Source: Methanomicrobiales archaeon (GTDB lineage: Archaea > Halobacteriota > Methanomicrobia > Methanomicrobiales > Methanospirillaceae). Taken from it: 64,000 nucleotides of DNA. The stretch's first letter is position 1, and the number at the start of each line of letters is the position of its first letter. This document shows positions 1-9,764 of this stretch, piece by piece. Under the pieces are notes generated by a model. That model saw only the letters and a list, made by a program, of their open reading frames with translations. It was not told the DNA's origin and searched no databases. The position numbers and the translations under genes are program-made. The DNA lies in assembly GCA_037137755.1 (NCBI GenBank), contig JBAXJR010000001.1, forward strand, positions 32,001 through 96,000. Reading direction: 5' to 3'.

Positions 1-147
1 ATTGATCTCCGGGGGTACCGGACGAAGGTAAGGACCCCGTTACGTGAACGACACCTTAAAGGACTGGATTATTTTGTGATTGTGATGCTGGTACTTGTTG
101 GCGTGGCCTTCTTCGTATTCGACGCTTATGCTGCTGGTCTGATATAA
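1..147 (+). CDS. 3' end of an ECF transporter transmembrane T component (EcfT/CbiQ family), partial
   Basis: Frame 1 reads IDLRGYRTKVRTPLRERHLKGLDYFVIVMLVLVGVAFFVFDAYAAGLI*. The xRGy..RT...D pattern plus a terminal TM helix is typical of EcfT C-termini. Confidence 0.6.
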   Translation: MDLRGYRTKVRTPLRERHLKGLDYFVIVMLVLVGVAFFVFDAYAAGLI

Positions 148-423
148 CCGGTAATCTGTCATTTTTTCATAAGGTTATATATCCAGCCGTGAGCAGGGCT
201 AATTTTTTGAAGGTTCGTGCAGTGGTGTCATATTTTTCTATTTTCATCTCAATCGGCATCGGGTAAGAGCTGCAGTAAGAGTCTGCCTGAGTAATATGCG
301 CGCTTACCCTGGTAAAATGAAAATGCTACAAATATATTACCCTGATATTGTCCTGAGTATGCAATAATTAGATATATTAATAAATGAATTGATTAAGCGT
401 TAAGAAATATTGGTGGTGCCGGT

Positions 424-597
424 ATGACAAGCCCGCAGATGGAGCAGATTGAGAAAATAAAGGCAATGGCTTTGAAGAGGTGCTCAGAGCGGGTAGCAGA
501 AGCTGAACGGAAACGGGGTGCAGCAGGCGAGAGGGTTTTCAACCCGGCACCGCACTGTGGGATCACTTCATTCCTGAAACGGCATCACGGACTGTGA
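424..597 (+). CDS. Small hypothetical protein (57 aa) heading the ATP synthase operon
   Basis: Manual translation MTSPQMEQIEKIKAMALKRCSERVAEAERKRGAAGERVFNPAPHCGITSFLKRHHGL*. GGTGGT SD-like motif at 412-417, AT-rich TATA-like tract at ~371-385, stop 13 nt before the next ATG. Below the ORF-track cutoff. Confidence 0.5.
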   Translation: MTSPQMEQIEKIKAMALKRCSERVAEAERKRGAAGERVFNPAPHCGITSFLKRHHGL

Positions 598-610
598 AAA
601 GGAGGAAGGT

Positions 611-1000
611 ATGGATAAAAAGAAGATCGCTGGAACTTCTAAAGGCGGGGTGGATCCAGAATCAGCCTACACGGATTATGTGGCATCTGAGGAGTCTCTC
701 CTCGAACAGATCCGTGCCAAGGAGGAGGAGCAGGGCGTGAGGATTGAAGCTGCCAGGCAGCAGTACATCACCGACGTTGAAAACGCCCGGAAGGAGACAG
801 AGTCCCGGCAGGCCAGGGAACGTTCTCTTGGCCAGGCTGAAGCGGATACTGTCTGGCGGGAAGCAATGGACCGCATCAATAGTGATGTCGAAAGGGTACT
901 CAGTGAAGGTCAGCAGCAGGTGCGCCTCGATCGGGAGCGGAAGGAGCAGAGGTTCAACGGGGTCGTTGACAGGGTTGTCAGGGAGATCAGTAAAGGATAA
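611..1000 (+). CDS. atpH: V/A-type ATP synthase peripheral stalk subunit H/G
   Basis: Charged coiled coil (LLEQIRAKEEE...IEAARQQ), first position of the H-I-K-E-C-F-A-B-D order, GGAGG SD at 601-605. Confidence 0.75.
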   Translation: MDKKKIAGTSKGGVDPESAYTDYVASEESLLEQIRAKEEEQGVRIEAARQQYITDVENARKETESRQARERSLGQAEADTVWREAMDRINSDVERVLSEGQQQVRLDRERKEQRFNGVVDRVVREISKG

Positions 1001-1011
1001 GCTGAAAATGT

Positions 1012-2952
1012 ATGATACAGAAAATGAAGAGCGTGCTGGTAGTAGGTCCTAAATCGGACTTCAGTCAGATCGTCGATGTATTGTATCATATGGGTACAAT
1101 CCACCTTGAAGAAGTGAGTGAATATCTTCAACCGGAACGTGGGAATGTACGAAAAATGGTTGCCGGGGGATCTACTGATATACCGGTGTTCCTTGCATCG
1201 ATTGAAGGGATCTCACTATTGTTGCCGGCAATAAAGGAACGTTCCGACCGCACGCTACAACGCTATGAAGAGCTCCATCACCTGTCAACACCTGAAGTCC
1301 TGGCCAGGGCCAGTCATGTGACCGGGATTGTCGGTGAGACAACAAGAACGCTGTCGACAAAAAAAAGTGACCTTGAGATCGTCATCACCGGGCTGAACCG
1401 GTACGAGAAAATTATCGATAAAATCCAACCGCTCGAACAACAACTACCGATACTCCATGGATATGAAGTTACCGTCCTCGTTATCCAGAAAGAATATGAG
1501 GACGTCCTCGACATCATCCGTCCGGCGTTATCAGGTATTACCAATGACCAGTTTGAACTGATATCGGCTGACCTGGATGAAAAGACAATTGCCGTCATCA
1601 CCGTCTTCAATAAAAATTATTCCGAAAATGTTCACCGTTTCCTGTTCTCCAAAAACATCAACGAAGTCCGAATACCTGCTGATTATTCGAATATGCCGCT
1701 TGATAAGGCAATGTTGCTGATCGATAAAAACCGCCGGGACGCCCAGGCAGAAAAAGAAAACATCGATAACGAGCTCACCCGTGTTTCGCAGGAATGGTAC
1801 CACGAGCTTGCGGCATTACACATGGTCCTGAAAGAACGGGGCGAAGAGCTCAGTGCCTACAACAATTTCGGCGAAACGGAATATACCGTGATGGTCAGGG
1901 GATGGATCCCCAAAAAACAGGTTCAGAAGACACGGGAAGCGCTGGATGAGACTTTCCAGGGCCGGGTAGTAATGACAGAAGCAGATGCTACGGCAGAGAT
2001 GATGGACCGTGTCCCCATATTCTATGACAACCCCCGGTGGGTACGCCCGTTTGAATTCTTCATGAAACTTGCAAGCCCTCCGCAATACAACGAGATCGAC
2101 CCCTCCCCCCTCCTTGCTATTTTTTTCCCGATATTTTTCGGAATAATTGTGGGTGATATCGGGTATGGCATCCTGATCCTGGTGGTTGGGTTGTTTATAC
2201 GGTTCCGTTTCGGGGCCATAACGTGGCTCCGGCAGATGTCCGGCATCCTGATCATTTCATCATTTCCGGCAATCTTTTTCGGGTACCTGTTCGGGGAATT
2301 TTTCGGTAATTTTGGCGAAATGATGGGCTGGATCGAGCCTGTTACTCTATTCGGGGTCACATGGAACCGTATAGAGGCAATGGTGCCACTGCTTATCCTG
2401 GCCATTGCGATAGGAGTATTCCACGTGGTACTGGGACTTGTTATCGGGTTCATCAATTCGATGACCCGAAAAAATCACCGGCATGCCTGCGAAAAGTGCG
2501 GGATGATAGGGGTAATTTTATGCCTGCTACTGTTGTTCGGAATCATAGTGGAGGTTATCCCGGGAGTTTTACTGATCCCGGTCAGCATTTTCCTTATTTT
2601 AACCGTTGTGCTCGTTATTTACGGGGGTGGTACCCTTGGTGCTATTGAGATTATGGGCACGGTGGGAAATATCCTCTCTTATGCCCGCCTGATGGCAATC
2701 GGTATGGCGTCAGTCATCCTCGCCATGGTAGCCAACGAACTCGGTGGATCGATGGAGGTGCTTGCCGTAGGCATCCTTATCGCGGTACTGCTCCACACCC
2801 TCAACCTGATGCTTGCAATGTTCAGCCCGTCTATCCACAGTGTAAGGCTGCATGTCGTGGAATTCTATTCCAAGTTTTACCATGGGGGTGGACTACCCTA
2901 CCACCCCTTCAGCCCGGGAAATAAACCTGGTCTGATCGAAGGTAAGAAGTAG
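1012..2952 (+). CDS. atpI: V/A-type ATP synthase subunit I (a)
   Basis: Soluble N-half then multi-TM C-half. Motifs GWIP, EIDPSP..FFG...GDIGYG, essential Arg in LSYARLMA, RLHVVEFYSKFY. Confidence 0.97.
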   Translation: MIQKMKSVLVVGPKSDFSQIVDVLYHMGTIHLEEVSEYLQPERGNVRKMVAGGSTDIPVFLASIEGISLLLPAIKERSDRTLQRYEELHHLSTPEVLARASHVTGIVGETTRTLSTKKSDLEIVITGLNRYEKIIDKIQPLEQQLPILHGYEVTVLVIQKEYEDVLDIIRPALSGITNDQFELISADLDEKTIAVITVFNKNYSENVHRFLFSKNINEVRIPADYSNMPLDKAMLLIDKNRRDAQAEKENIDNELTRVSQEWYHELAALHMVLKERGEELSAYNNFGETEYTVMVRGWIPKKQVQKTREALDETFQGRVVMTEADATAEMMDRVPIFYDNPRWVRPFEFFMKLASPPQYNEIDPSPLLAIFFPIFFGIIVGDIGYGILILVVGLFIRFRFGAITWLRQMSGILIISSFPAIFFGYLFGEFFGNFGEMMGWIEPVTLFGVTWNRIEAMVPLLILAIAIGVFHVVLGLVIGFINSMTRKNHRHACEKCGMIGVILCLLLLFGIIVEVIPGVLLIPVSIFLILTVVLVIYGGGTLGAIEIMGTVGNILSYARLMAIGMASVILAMVANELGGSMEVLAVGILIAVLLHTLNLMLAMFSPSIHSVRLHVVEFYSKFYHGGGLPYHPFSPGNKPGLIEGKK

Positions 2953-3006
2953 GCTTCCATCGGGTATTTCCAGTAAATAATGAAAATAAAGAACTTCTCT
3001 ATTATT

Positions 3007-3048
3007 AAACTTTATATAATATAAGATCACTCTTACGGATTAGAGGTG
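3007..3048 (+). promoter_or_regulatory. Putative internal promoter (TATA box TTTATATA) and SD for atpK
   Basis: TTTATATA at 3011-3018 preceded by AAAC, inside the 104-nt atpI-atpK gap. GAGGTG SD at 3043-3048 before the TTG start. Confidence 0.5.
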
Positions 3049-3056
3049 TTGAAAAA

Positions 3057-3272
3057 TTGTCTTGGGAAGTTCCGATTGGAGCTGCGATTGCATTTGCCGG
3101 TGGCGCAATCGCGACAGGCCTGGCACAATCAAGAATAGGTGCTGCGGGTGCTGCGACCATTGCAGAGAAACCTGAATCAACAGGAAGCATTATTGTGCTG
3201 GAAGCAATCCCCGAAACGATGGTAATCCTGGGTTTTGTGGTGGCATCCATGATCGTAATCATGGTCAAGTAA
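3057..3272 (+). CDS. atpK: V/A-type ATP synthase subunit K (c, single-hairpin proteolipid)
   Basis: Two TM helices, AQSRIGAAG and IPET ion-binding motifs, TTG start. Confidence 0.95.
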   Translation: MSWEVPIGAAIAFAGGAIATGLAQSRIGAAGAATIAEKPESTGSIIVLEAIPETMVILGFVVASMIVIMVK

Positions 3273-3399
3273 GGCTGTTTGGCGATCCAGTATTGAACAA
3301 TGGTTAATCCGGGAATTTTTGTGCCCGGGAACCCACGGAACATTATTTCCTGTTGTCATAATGGTATGACTGCGGGAGGGGAGGTAAAGGTCAGGCCTT

Positions 3400-3996
3400 A
3401 TGAAATATGACCACCTGATCCAGGCAATAGAAGATGGTGCAGAGGAGAAACTCCGGGACTTTCAAGGCAATAAAGACCGTGAAATCCGCGAAATCCGGGA
3501 ACGTGCAGATACCGGGTCCGAACAGTTACGAAAGGATCTGCTTGCAGAAACAAAACGAAAGATAAGCGTCGAAAGTAATAAACAGATCTATTCGGCACGT
3601 GAGCAGTCAAAAGACCACCTGACAAGGGCACGCCAGGAGGCCTGCCTTTCCGTATTCCGGGAGGCTGATGTACGGCTCTCGTCATTCCGTTCAAGCCCTT
3701 CATATGGACCATTTTTTAAGGCGGTCCTTGCCGAGATAATCGAATCGCTGGACAGCGAAAAAATCCGCCTCCATATAGATAAAAAAGATGAGGCATTGTG
3801 CCGGCAGATGATCAAAGACACCGGGAAGGAGTATGAAATCGTTACCGACCTTACAACGAATGGTGGACTGAACGGCTCAACTCCTGATGGAAAGGTTATG
3901 GTCCGGAATACAATCGAGGACCGGCTCGCCAGGGCAAAAGAACGTATGAAGGTAGTCGTATTTTCAGGACTCTACGGTGACCCGGTTGTACGTTGA
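3400..3996 (+). CDS. atpE: V/A-type ATP synthase subunit E
   Basis: N-terminal coiled coil, GG...DGKVMVRNTIEDRL motif, operon position. Confidence 0.92.
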   Translation: MKYDHLIQAIEDGAEEKLRDFQGNKDREIREIRERADTGSEQLRKDLLAETKRKISVESNKQIYSAREQSKDHLTRARQEACLSVFREADVRLSSFRSSPSYGPFFKAVLAEIIESLDSEKIRLHIDKKDEALCRQMIKDTGKEYEIVTDLTTNGGLNGSTPDGKVMVRNTIEDRLARAKERMKVVVFSGLYGDPVVR

Positions 3997-5035
3997 GTAT
4001 GTAAATGCCCGTGTCCATGGCATGTCAGGCCGCCTGATTACTTCCCATGGGTTCGAACGGCTGATTGCCCAGCCGTCACTTGAGGGTATCATAACTGAGC
4101 TTGAGAAGACGCCCTACCGTGAGGAAATTGTTGAGGCACACATATTGTATACAGGGATTGGTTGCATCGAGTATGCCCTCCGCAAGAATCTTATGAAGAC
4201 GTACCGGAAGATCTTCTCCCTTGTAGAAGGGGAGAAGTCTGCACGATATATCATAATATTCTTAAAAAAATGGGATATCCAGAATATAAAGACTATAATC
4301 AGGGGAAAAAATATCCAGACGCCGAATGAGGAGATCTCAGGCTGCCTTATTCCCGCCGGCACGATGGATGAAACAACGTTGATTGAACTGGTAAAACAGC
4401 CTGACGTTCGTGCTATCGTGGACCTTATGGCAACCTGGAATATCGAGTATGCCATTCCCCTGACACAGTATATCGGTGAGTTTTTTGAACGAAACGAGAT
4501 AGGCACGCTGGAGTATGCACTTGACGAGTACTATTTCGAGTCATCGCTGGAGGAATTAAGAGGGAAAAGCGACGATGACAAGGTCTTTCGTGACCTTATC
4601 GGGACTGAAATTGATATCCGGAATATTAAGACTGCATTGATGATGATCCGTGATTCTGTATCTGCCGATGAAGCGAGCCCGTTCCTCCTCAACGGTGGAA
4701 AAGAGATCAGGCATGAGCTTATTCATGATATGATACGGGCTAAAAAAATACCGGATGCAGTCCGCCTCCTTGAGACGACGTCCTACCGTTTTCTCCTGTC
4801 CATCCCTGACCTTGAAGGTACCCAAGGGAAGATATCGGTCCTTGAAAAAGAGCTTGACCGTTTCCTCATCCGAAAGGGGACCGCAATGTTCCGCGGTGAT
4901 CCCTTCTCATTCACCGTCGTGATCGGGTACCTTTGGGCTAAATTCAATGAAATTACGAATATCAGGGTTATTGCCCGTTGCAGGGAGGCTGGAATGCCGG
5001 ATGAAATGATGGAGTCGGAGATTTTCTATGTATAA
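3977..5035 (+). CDS. atpC: V/A-type ATP synthase subunit C (d)
   Basis: YVNARVHGM...L, WDIQNIKTIIRG, EIDIRNIK, EITNIRVIAR motifs. Confidence 0.94.
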   Translation: MTRLYVEYVNARVHGMSGRLITSHGFERLIAQPSLEGIITELEKTPYREEIVEAHILYTGIGCIEYALRKNLMKTYRKIFSLVEGEKSARYIIIFLKKWDIQNIKTIIRGKNIQTPNEEISGCLIPAGTMDETTLIELVKQPDVRAIVDLMATWNIEYAIPLTQYIGEFFERNEIGTLEYALDEYYFESSLEELRGKSDDDKVFRDLIGTEIDIRNIKTALMMIRDSVSADEASPFLLNGGKEIRHELIHDMIRAKKIPDAVRLLETTSYRFLLSIPDLEGTQGKISVLEKELDRFLIRKGTAMFRGDPFSFTVVIGYLWAKFNEITNIRVIARCREAGMPDEMMESEIFYV

Positions 5036-5348
5036 GTACGTGATTGTTACTGACCCGGAGACTGCAGCAGGGTTCCGTCTTGCAGGTGTGGATGTAATTG
5101 AGGTTTCCACCCCGGAGGAGGCAAAACGGGCAATTCCTCCCCTCCTGAATGCAGATGATACGGGTATAATCGGGGTAAGTGAGGAGTTCATGTCGGTACT
5201 GGACCCGGAACTGCAGGCAACTATTGAGAAGACCTACCGGCCGATAATCATCCCGATCCCAGGCCGTGCGAAAAAGGTGGTATCAGAAACCTATATCGAA
5301 CGGCTCCTGCGGCGGGCAATCGGGTACAACATTGTAGTGAGGCGATAA
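5028..5348 (+). CDS. atpF: V/A-type ATP synthase subunit F
   Basis: DPETAAGFRLAGV and RRAIGYNI motifs. Confidence 0.94.
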   Translation: MYKYVIVTDPETAAGFRLAGVDVIEVSTPEEAKRAIPPLLNADDTGIIGVSEEFMSVLDPELQATIEKTYRPIIIPIPGRAKKVVSETYIERLLRRAIGYNIVVRR

Positions 5349-5351
5349 CGT

Positions 5352-7091
5352 ATGATACAAGGAGTCATTTCAAGGATTTCCGGCCCGGTCATCCTCGCCG
5401 AACAGATGCGTGGTTCAAGGATGTATGATGTGGTCAGGGTCGGAGCGATGGCCCTCGCAGGGGAGGTCATACGGCTGGACGGTGAAAACGCCGTTATCCA
5501 GGTCTACGAGGATACCTCGGGTCTGAAGGCTGGTGAACCGGTGGTAAACACCGGGATCCCCCTGTCCGTTGAACTTGGACCCGGCCTGATATCCTCAATC
5601 TACGATGGTGTCCAGCGACCGCTCTCGGTTCTGGCCGAACTTTCAGGGAGTTTTATTTCCCGTGGGATCTCTGTCCCCGGTCTTGACAGGGCAAAAAAAT
5701 GGGCGTTCGTCCCCCTGGTGAAGGCGGGTGACTCGGTCAGCGGTGGCGATATAATCGGTACCGTACAGGAATTTCACATCGAACACCGTATAATGGTACC
5801 ACCCGGGCATTCCGGTACAATCCGCGAGATCAAGGGTGGTAATTTTACCGTGGAGGAGACCGTCTGCACTCTCGGTGACGGGACAGAACTACGGATGATG
5901 CAGACCTGGCCGGTAAGGAAGGAGCGCCCGTATAAAAAGAAACTTGATCCGGAGGTCCCGCTCCTCACGGGCCAGCGGGTATTTGACAGCCTCTTCCCCC
6001 TTACCAAGGGTGGTACTGCCATGATCCCGGGTGGGTTCGGGACCGGCAAGACGGTTTCAGAACAGACACTTGCGAAATGGGCAGATGCCCGCATTATCGT
6101 CTATATCGGGTGCGGTGAACGGGGTAATGAAATGACGGACGTGCTTACCGAATTCCCGGAACTCGTCGACCCGAGGACGAACCTCCCGCTCATCCAGAGG
6201 ACAATAATGGTCGCAAATACCTCCAATATGCCAGTTGCAGCCCGGGAGGCATCCATTTATACAGGGATTACGATGGGCGAGTACTACCGGGACATGGGGT
6301 ATGATGTTGCCCTGATGGCAGATTCCACGTCACGCTGGGGAGAGGCGCTCCGCGAAGTATCAGGCCGGCTTGAAGAGATGCCCGGTGAAGAGGGGTATCC
6401 TGCATATCTTGCCACACGGCTGGCTGCATTTTATGAACGTGCAGGGCGGGTGATGTGCCTTGGGAACCGGGAAGATACCGGTTCAGTCACTATTGTCGGG
6501 GCCGTCTCACCACCCGGGGGGGATTTTTCAGAACCGATTACCCAGAACACGCTCCGGATTGCGGGGACGTTCTGGGCCCTTGACACGAGCCTTGCCAACC
6601 GGCGGCACTTCCCATCCGTCAACTGGATTAAAAGTTACTCGCTGTACCTCGAGAGCCTGAAGGAATGGTATACGAAATACATCGCACCTGACTGGATGGA
6701 GATACGTGACCAGACGATGTACCTCCTGCAGAAAGAGATCGAGCTGCTTGAGATTGTCCAGCTGGTGGGTCCCGATGCCCTCCCGGACAGCGAGAAGTTA
6801 ATCCTCGAAATAACCAGGATGATCAGGGAAGATTTCCTCCAGCAGAGTGCGTACAGCGATGTTGACTCCTATTGTCCGCTCGATAAACAGTACTGGATGC
6901 TCCGGGTAATCCATACGTTCCACAGGGAAGCGTCGTTAAAGATGGGACAGGGGGTAACCCTGAAACAGGTGATGGGAATACCAGAACGGAACGAGATCTC
7001 AAGAATGAAGGAAGCACCCGGTTTTGCAGAACTGCAGGTGCTTACCGGGGCCATAGCAGACCGGATGAAGTCCCTGGAGGTGGAACATTAA
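5352..7091 (+). CDS. atpA: V/A-type ATP synthase catalytic subunit A
   Basis: P-loop [44 protein letters not shown]. No intein. Confidence 0.99.
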   Translation: MIQGVISRISGPVILAEQMRGSRMYDVVRVGAMALAGEVIRLDGENAVIQVYEDTSGLKAGEPVVNTGIPLSVELGPGLISSIYDGVQRPLSVLAELSGSFISRGISVPGLDRAKKWAFVPLVKAGDSVSGGDIIGTVQEFHIEHRIMVPPGHSGTIREIKGGNFTVEETVCTLGDGTELRMMQTWPVRKERPYKKKLDPEVPLLTGQRVFDSLFPLTKGGTAMIPGGFGTGKTVSEQTLAKWADARIIVYIGCGERGNEMTDVLTEFPELVDPRTNLPLIQRTIMVANTSNMPVAAREASIYTGITMGEYYRDMGYDVALMADSTSRWGEALREVSGRLEEMPGEEGYPAYLATRLAAFYERAGRVMCLGNREDTGSVTIVGAVSPPGGDFSEPITQNTLRIAGTFWALDTSLANRRHFPSVNWIKSYSLYLESLKEWYTKYIAPDWMEIRDQTMYLLQKEIELLEIVQLVGPDALPDSEKLILEITRMIREDFLQQSAYSDVDSYCPLDKQYWMLRVIHTFHREASLKMGQGVTLKQVMGIPERNEISRMKEAPGFAELQVLTGAIADRMKSLEVEH

Positions 7092-8488
7092 TGTCAGGGT
7101 TTGACCTCTCAACAAGGGAATACCGTTCGGTTTCCTATGTCTCCGGGCCGTTGATCTTTGTTGAAAAACCCCGTAATGTGGCATTTGGTGAAACGGCAAT
7201 TATTACCCTTCCTTCGGGTGAGGAACGGTCCGGCCAGGTACTGGAAGTCTCGCGTGAACTTGCGGTGGTCCAGGTGTTTGAAGGGACAAGCGGGGTTGAT
7301 AATCTGAAGACCGCTGTCCGTTTTACCGGGGAACTTCCCCAGATTAATGTCTCCCTGGATATGCTCGGCCGGGTCTTTTCCGGGGTGGGAAAACCCCGGG
7401 ACGGGAAACCAGACATCATGGCGGATGAGACCGTGGACATATCAGGCATGCCAATTAACCCTTATTCGCGTGATAAACCCTCAGATTTTATCCAGACCGG
7501 TATGTCGACGATAGATGGTCTTAACACGCTGGTCAGGGGCCAGAAACTACCGATTTTCTCCGGTTCCGGTCTTCCGGCCAACAAGCTTGCCGCACAGATC
7601 GCCCGGCAGGCAAAAGTTCCTGGAAGCCAGGAGCAGTTTGCAGTGATATTTACGGCAATGGGGATCACCCATAAAGAGGCCTCGTTCTTCATGAAGGACT
7701 TTGAGGAAACCGGGGCACTTGAGCGGGTGGTGTTCTTCCTCAACCTTGCGGATGACCCGACCATCGAGCGGATTGCAACACCAAGGGTCGCCCTGTCTGT
7801 TGCCGAATACCTCGCCTATCACCATAACCTCCATGTACTGGTTATCCTCACCGACATGACCAATTATTGTGAGGCACTCAGGGAGATCTCAACTGCCCGC
7901 GAGGAAGTACCAGGCCGGCGTGGTTATCCGGGCTATATGTATACCGACCTTGCGTCCATCTACGAACGTGCAGGAAGGATAAAAGGAAAAAGCGGGTCTA
8001 TTACCCAGTTACCCATCCTCACGATGCCGGACGATGATATTACCCACCCGGTTCCCGATCTTACCGGGTATATTACGGAAGGACAGATTGTCCTTTCGCG
8101 TGACCTGTTCCGTCGGGGTATCGACCCCCCGGTTGATGTCCTCCCATGCCTGTCCCGCCTGATGAACCTCGGGATTGGCGTGGATAAAACGCGGGATGAC
8201 CACCGGAATGTTGCCGACCAGCTCTATGCATCATATGCATACGGGCGGGACCTCCGGAGACTCGTTGCAATTGTAGGAGAGGAGGCACTGACAGACCTTG
8301 ACCGGAAGTACCTGAAATTTGCCGATGATTTCGAGCGGAAATTCATCTCGCAGGGATCAGAAGAACGTAGTATCCACCAGACCCTGGAAATAGGATGGGA
8401 ATTGTTTGCAAGTCTTCCGGAAGAGGAACTAAAACGCGTGAAACTGGACTATATCAGGAAATATCACCCGGCACACCGGGCGGGGTGA
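7091..8488 (+). CDS. atpB: V/A-type ATP synthase subunit B
   Basis: [42 protein letters not shown]. Confidence 0.99.
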   Translation: MSGFDLSTREYRSVSYVSGPLIFVEKPRNVAFGETAIITLPSGEERSGQVLEVSRELAVVQVFEGTSGVDNLKTAVRFTGELPQINVSLDMLGRVFSGVGKPRDGKPDIMADETVDISGMPINPYSRDKPSDFIQTGMSTIDGLNTLVRGQKLPIFSGSGLPANKLAAQIARQAKVPGSQEQFAVIFTAMGITHKEASFFMKDFEETGALERVVFFLNLADDPTIERIATPRVALSVAEYLAYHHNLHVLVILTDMTNYCEALREISTAREEVPGRRGYPGYMYTDLASIYERAGRIKGKSGSITQLPILTMPDDDITHPVPDLTGYITEGQIVLSRDLFRRGIDPPVDVLPCLSRLMNLGIGVDKTRDDHRNVADQLYASYAYGRDLRRLVAIVGEEALTDLDRKYLKFADDFERKFISQGSEERSIHQTLEIGWELFASLPEEELKRVKLDYIRKYHPAHRAG

Positions 8489-8492
8489 GTGC

Positions 8493-9140
8493 ATGGAACA
8501 GGTGAACCCGACAAGGATGGAACTCCTGAAGAAGAAGACCCAGATCCGGCTGGCTGAGCAGGGGAAGGACCTGTTACGCCAGAAGATGGATGCCCTGATC
8601 AACGAATTTTTCAGGATTATGGGGAACGTATCCCGATCAAGGGACGAACTTGAGGCGGTTGCGGAAAATGCCCAGCGTTCGCTTGTAATTGCGCAGGCTG
8701 TTGATGACAGTATCGCTCTACGGTCTGCATCATTTGCCACAAAGCGCCATATTACCCTTGATATCCATGGCAGGAATATCATGGGCGTACCGGTACCGGT
8801 CATTGAAAAGAAAAGCCTGGTCTTAAGTGTCCTTGACCGGGGCTACAGCATTACCGGGGTATCAGGGCGGATTGATGAGGTGGCCGAAAATTACGAGCAT
8901 GAACTGGACCTGATCACCGGTCTTGCAGAGACTGAGACGGCACTCCGCCGCCTGGGTGAAGAGATCCAGAAGAACAGGAGGCGGGTTAATGCGCTTGAAC
9001 AGGTCCTGATCCCGGAATTACAGAGACAGGCGAAATATATCAGGATTACCATCGATGAGCGTGAACGGGAAGACTTGTTCCGCCTTAAAAAGGTTAAAAA
9101 GATTCTGGAAAGAAAGAAAAAAAGCCGGAAAAAAATGTGA
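8493..9140 (+). CDS. atpD: V/A-type ATP synthase subunit D
   Basis: PTRMELL, NIMGVPVP, RRVNALE..IP, ERERE.LFRLKK. Confidence 0.97.
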   Translation: MEQVNPTRMELLKKKTQIRLAEQGKDLLRQKMDALINEFFRIMGNVSRSRDELEAVAENAQRSLVIAQAVDDSIALRSASFATKRHITLDIHGRNIMGVPVPVIEKKSLVLSVLDRGYSITGVSGRIDEVAENYEHELDLITGLAETETALRRLGEEIQKNRRRVNALEQVLIPELQRQAKYIRITIDEREREDLFRLKKVKKILERKKKSRKKM

Positions 9141-9182
9141 GCGGACTTATGGATGGATCAGCCACCTGAATCATTATTACGT

Positions 9183-9515
9183 TTATTTGTCTTTCCCTGT
9201 CAGGATTGCAGTCACATCAGTTATCGCTTTTGTATCCGTTGAGTCCTTACCCTTGCTTACATTCCCAATCTGAATGATGTGCAGGACATCAGTATACTTC
9301 AGCTGGGAAAATGCGATGGTATCCCATACCACGCTATCGATATACACCCAGCACTCCCCGAGCATTCGTTCGAGTACTTTAATATCACCTTCAGTGAACA
9401 GCTTCCAGTCGTCCCCTATACCATGATGTATTTTTTTTATTGCATTCTCAACGCCTTTTTCCCTGTGGACCTGAAACAACCTCCTGCCCACTTCCGTTTT
9501 TGTAGCTTCCGGCAT
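9183..9515 (-). CDS. Hypothetical protein (110 aa)
   Basis: Clean ORF with GGAGG SD upstream (plus-strand CCTCC ~9528-9533) and globular composition. No family recognised. Confidence 0.7.
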   Translation of the reverse strand: MPEATKTEVGRRLFQVHREKGVENAIKKIHHGIGDDWKLFTEGDIKVLERMLGECWVYIDSVVWDTIAFSQLKYTDVLHIIQIGNVSKGKDSTDTKAITDVTAILTGKDK

Positions 9516-9764
9516 GCCAGTCTGTAACCTCCATATAAAAACGTTATAAATCGTGATTTAGTGACACGCATATTAATACTTTTGTATCCGTCCTGTCCCG
9601 ATATCATTTGACATCACATCTGACTATCGATGTGATTAGCTTAACCAATAGGGATATTGAGTGAATCCTCAGGCAATGGCTGAAAGGCGGATCGGTTGTA
9701 AGAAAAGAGGAAAGGTTGGTTCCCATATGAGATACCTTTCCGGTCAGCTACTATTCGTGAATCG

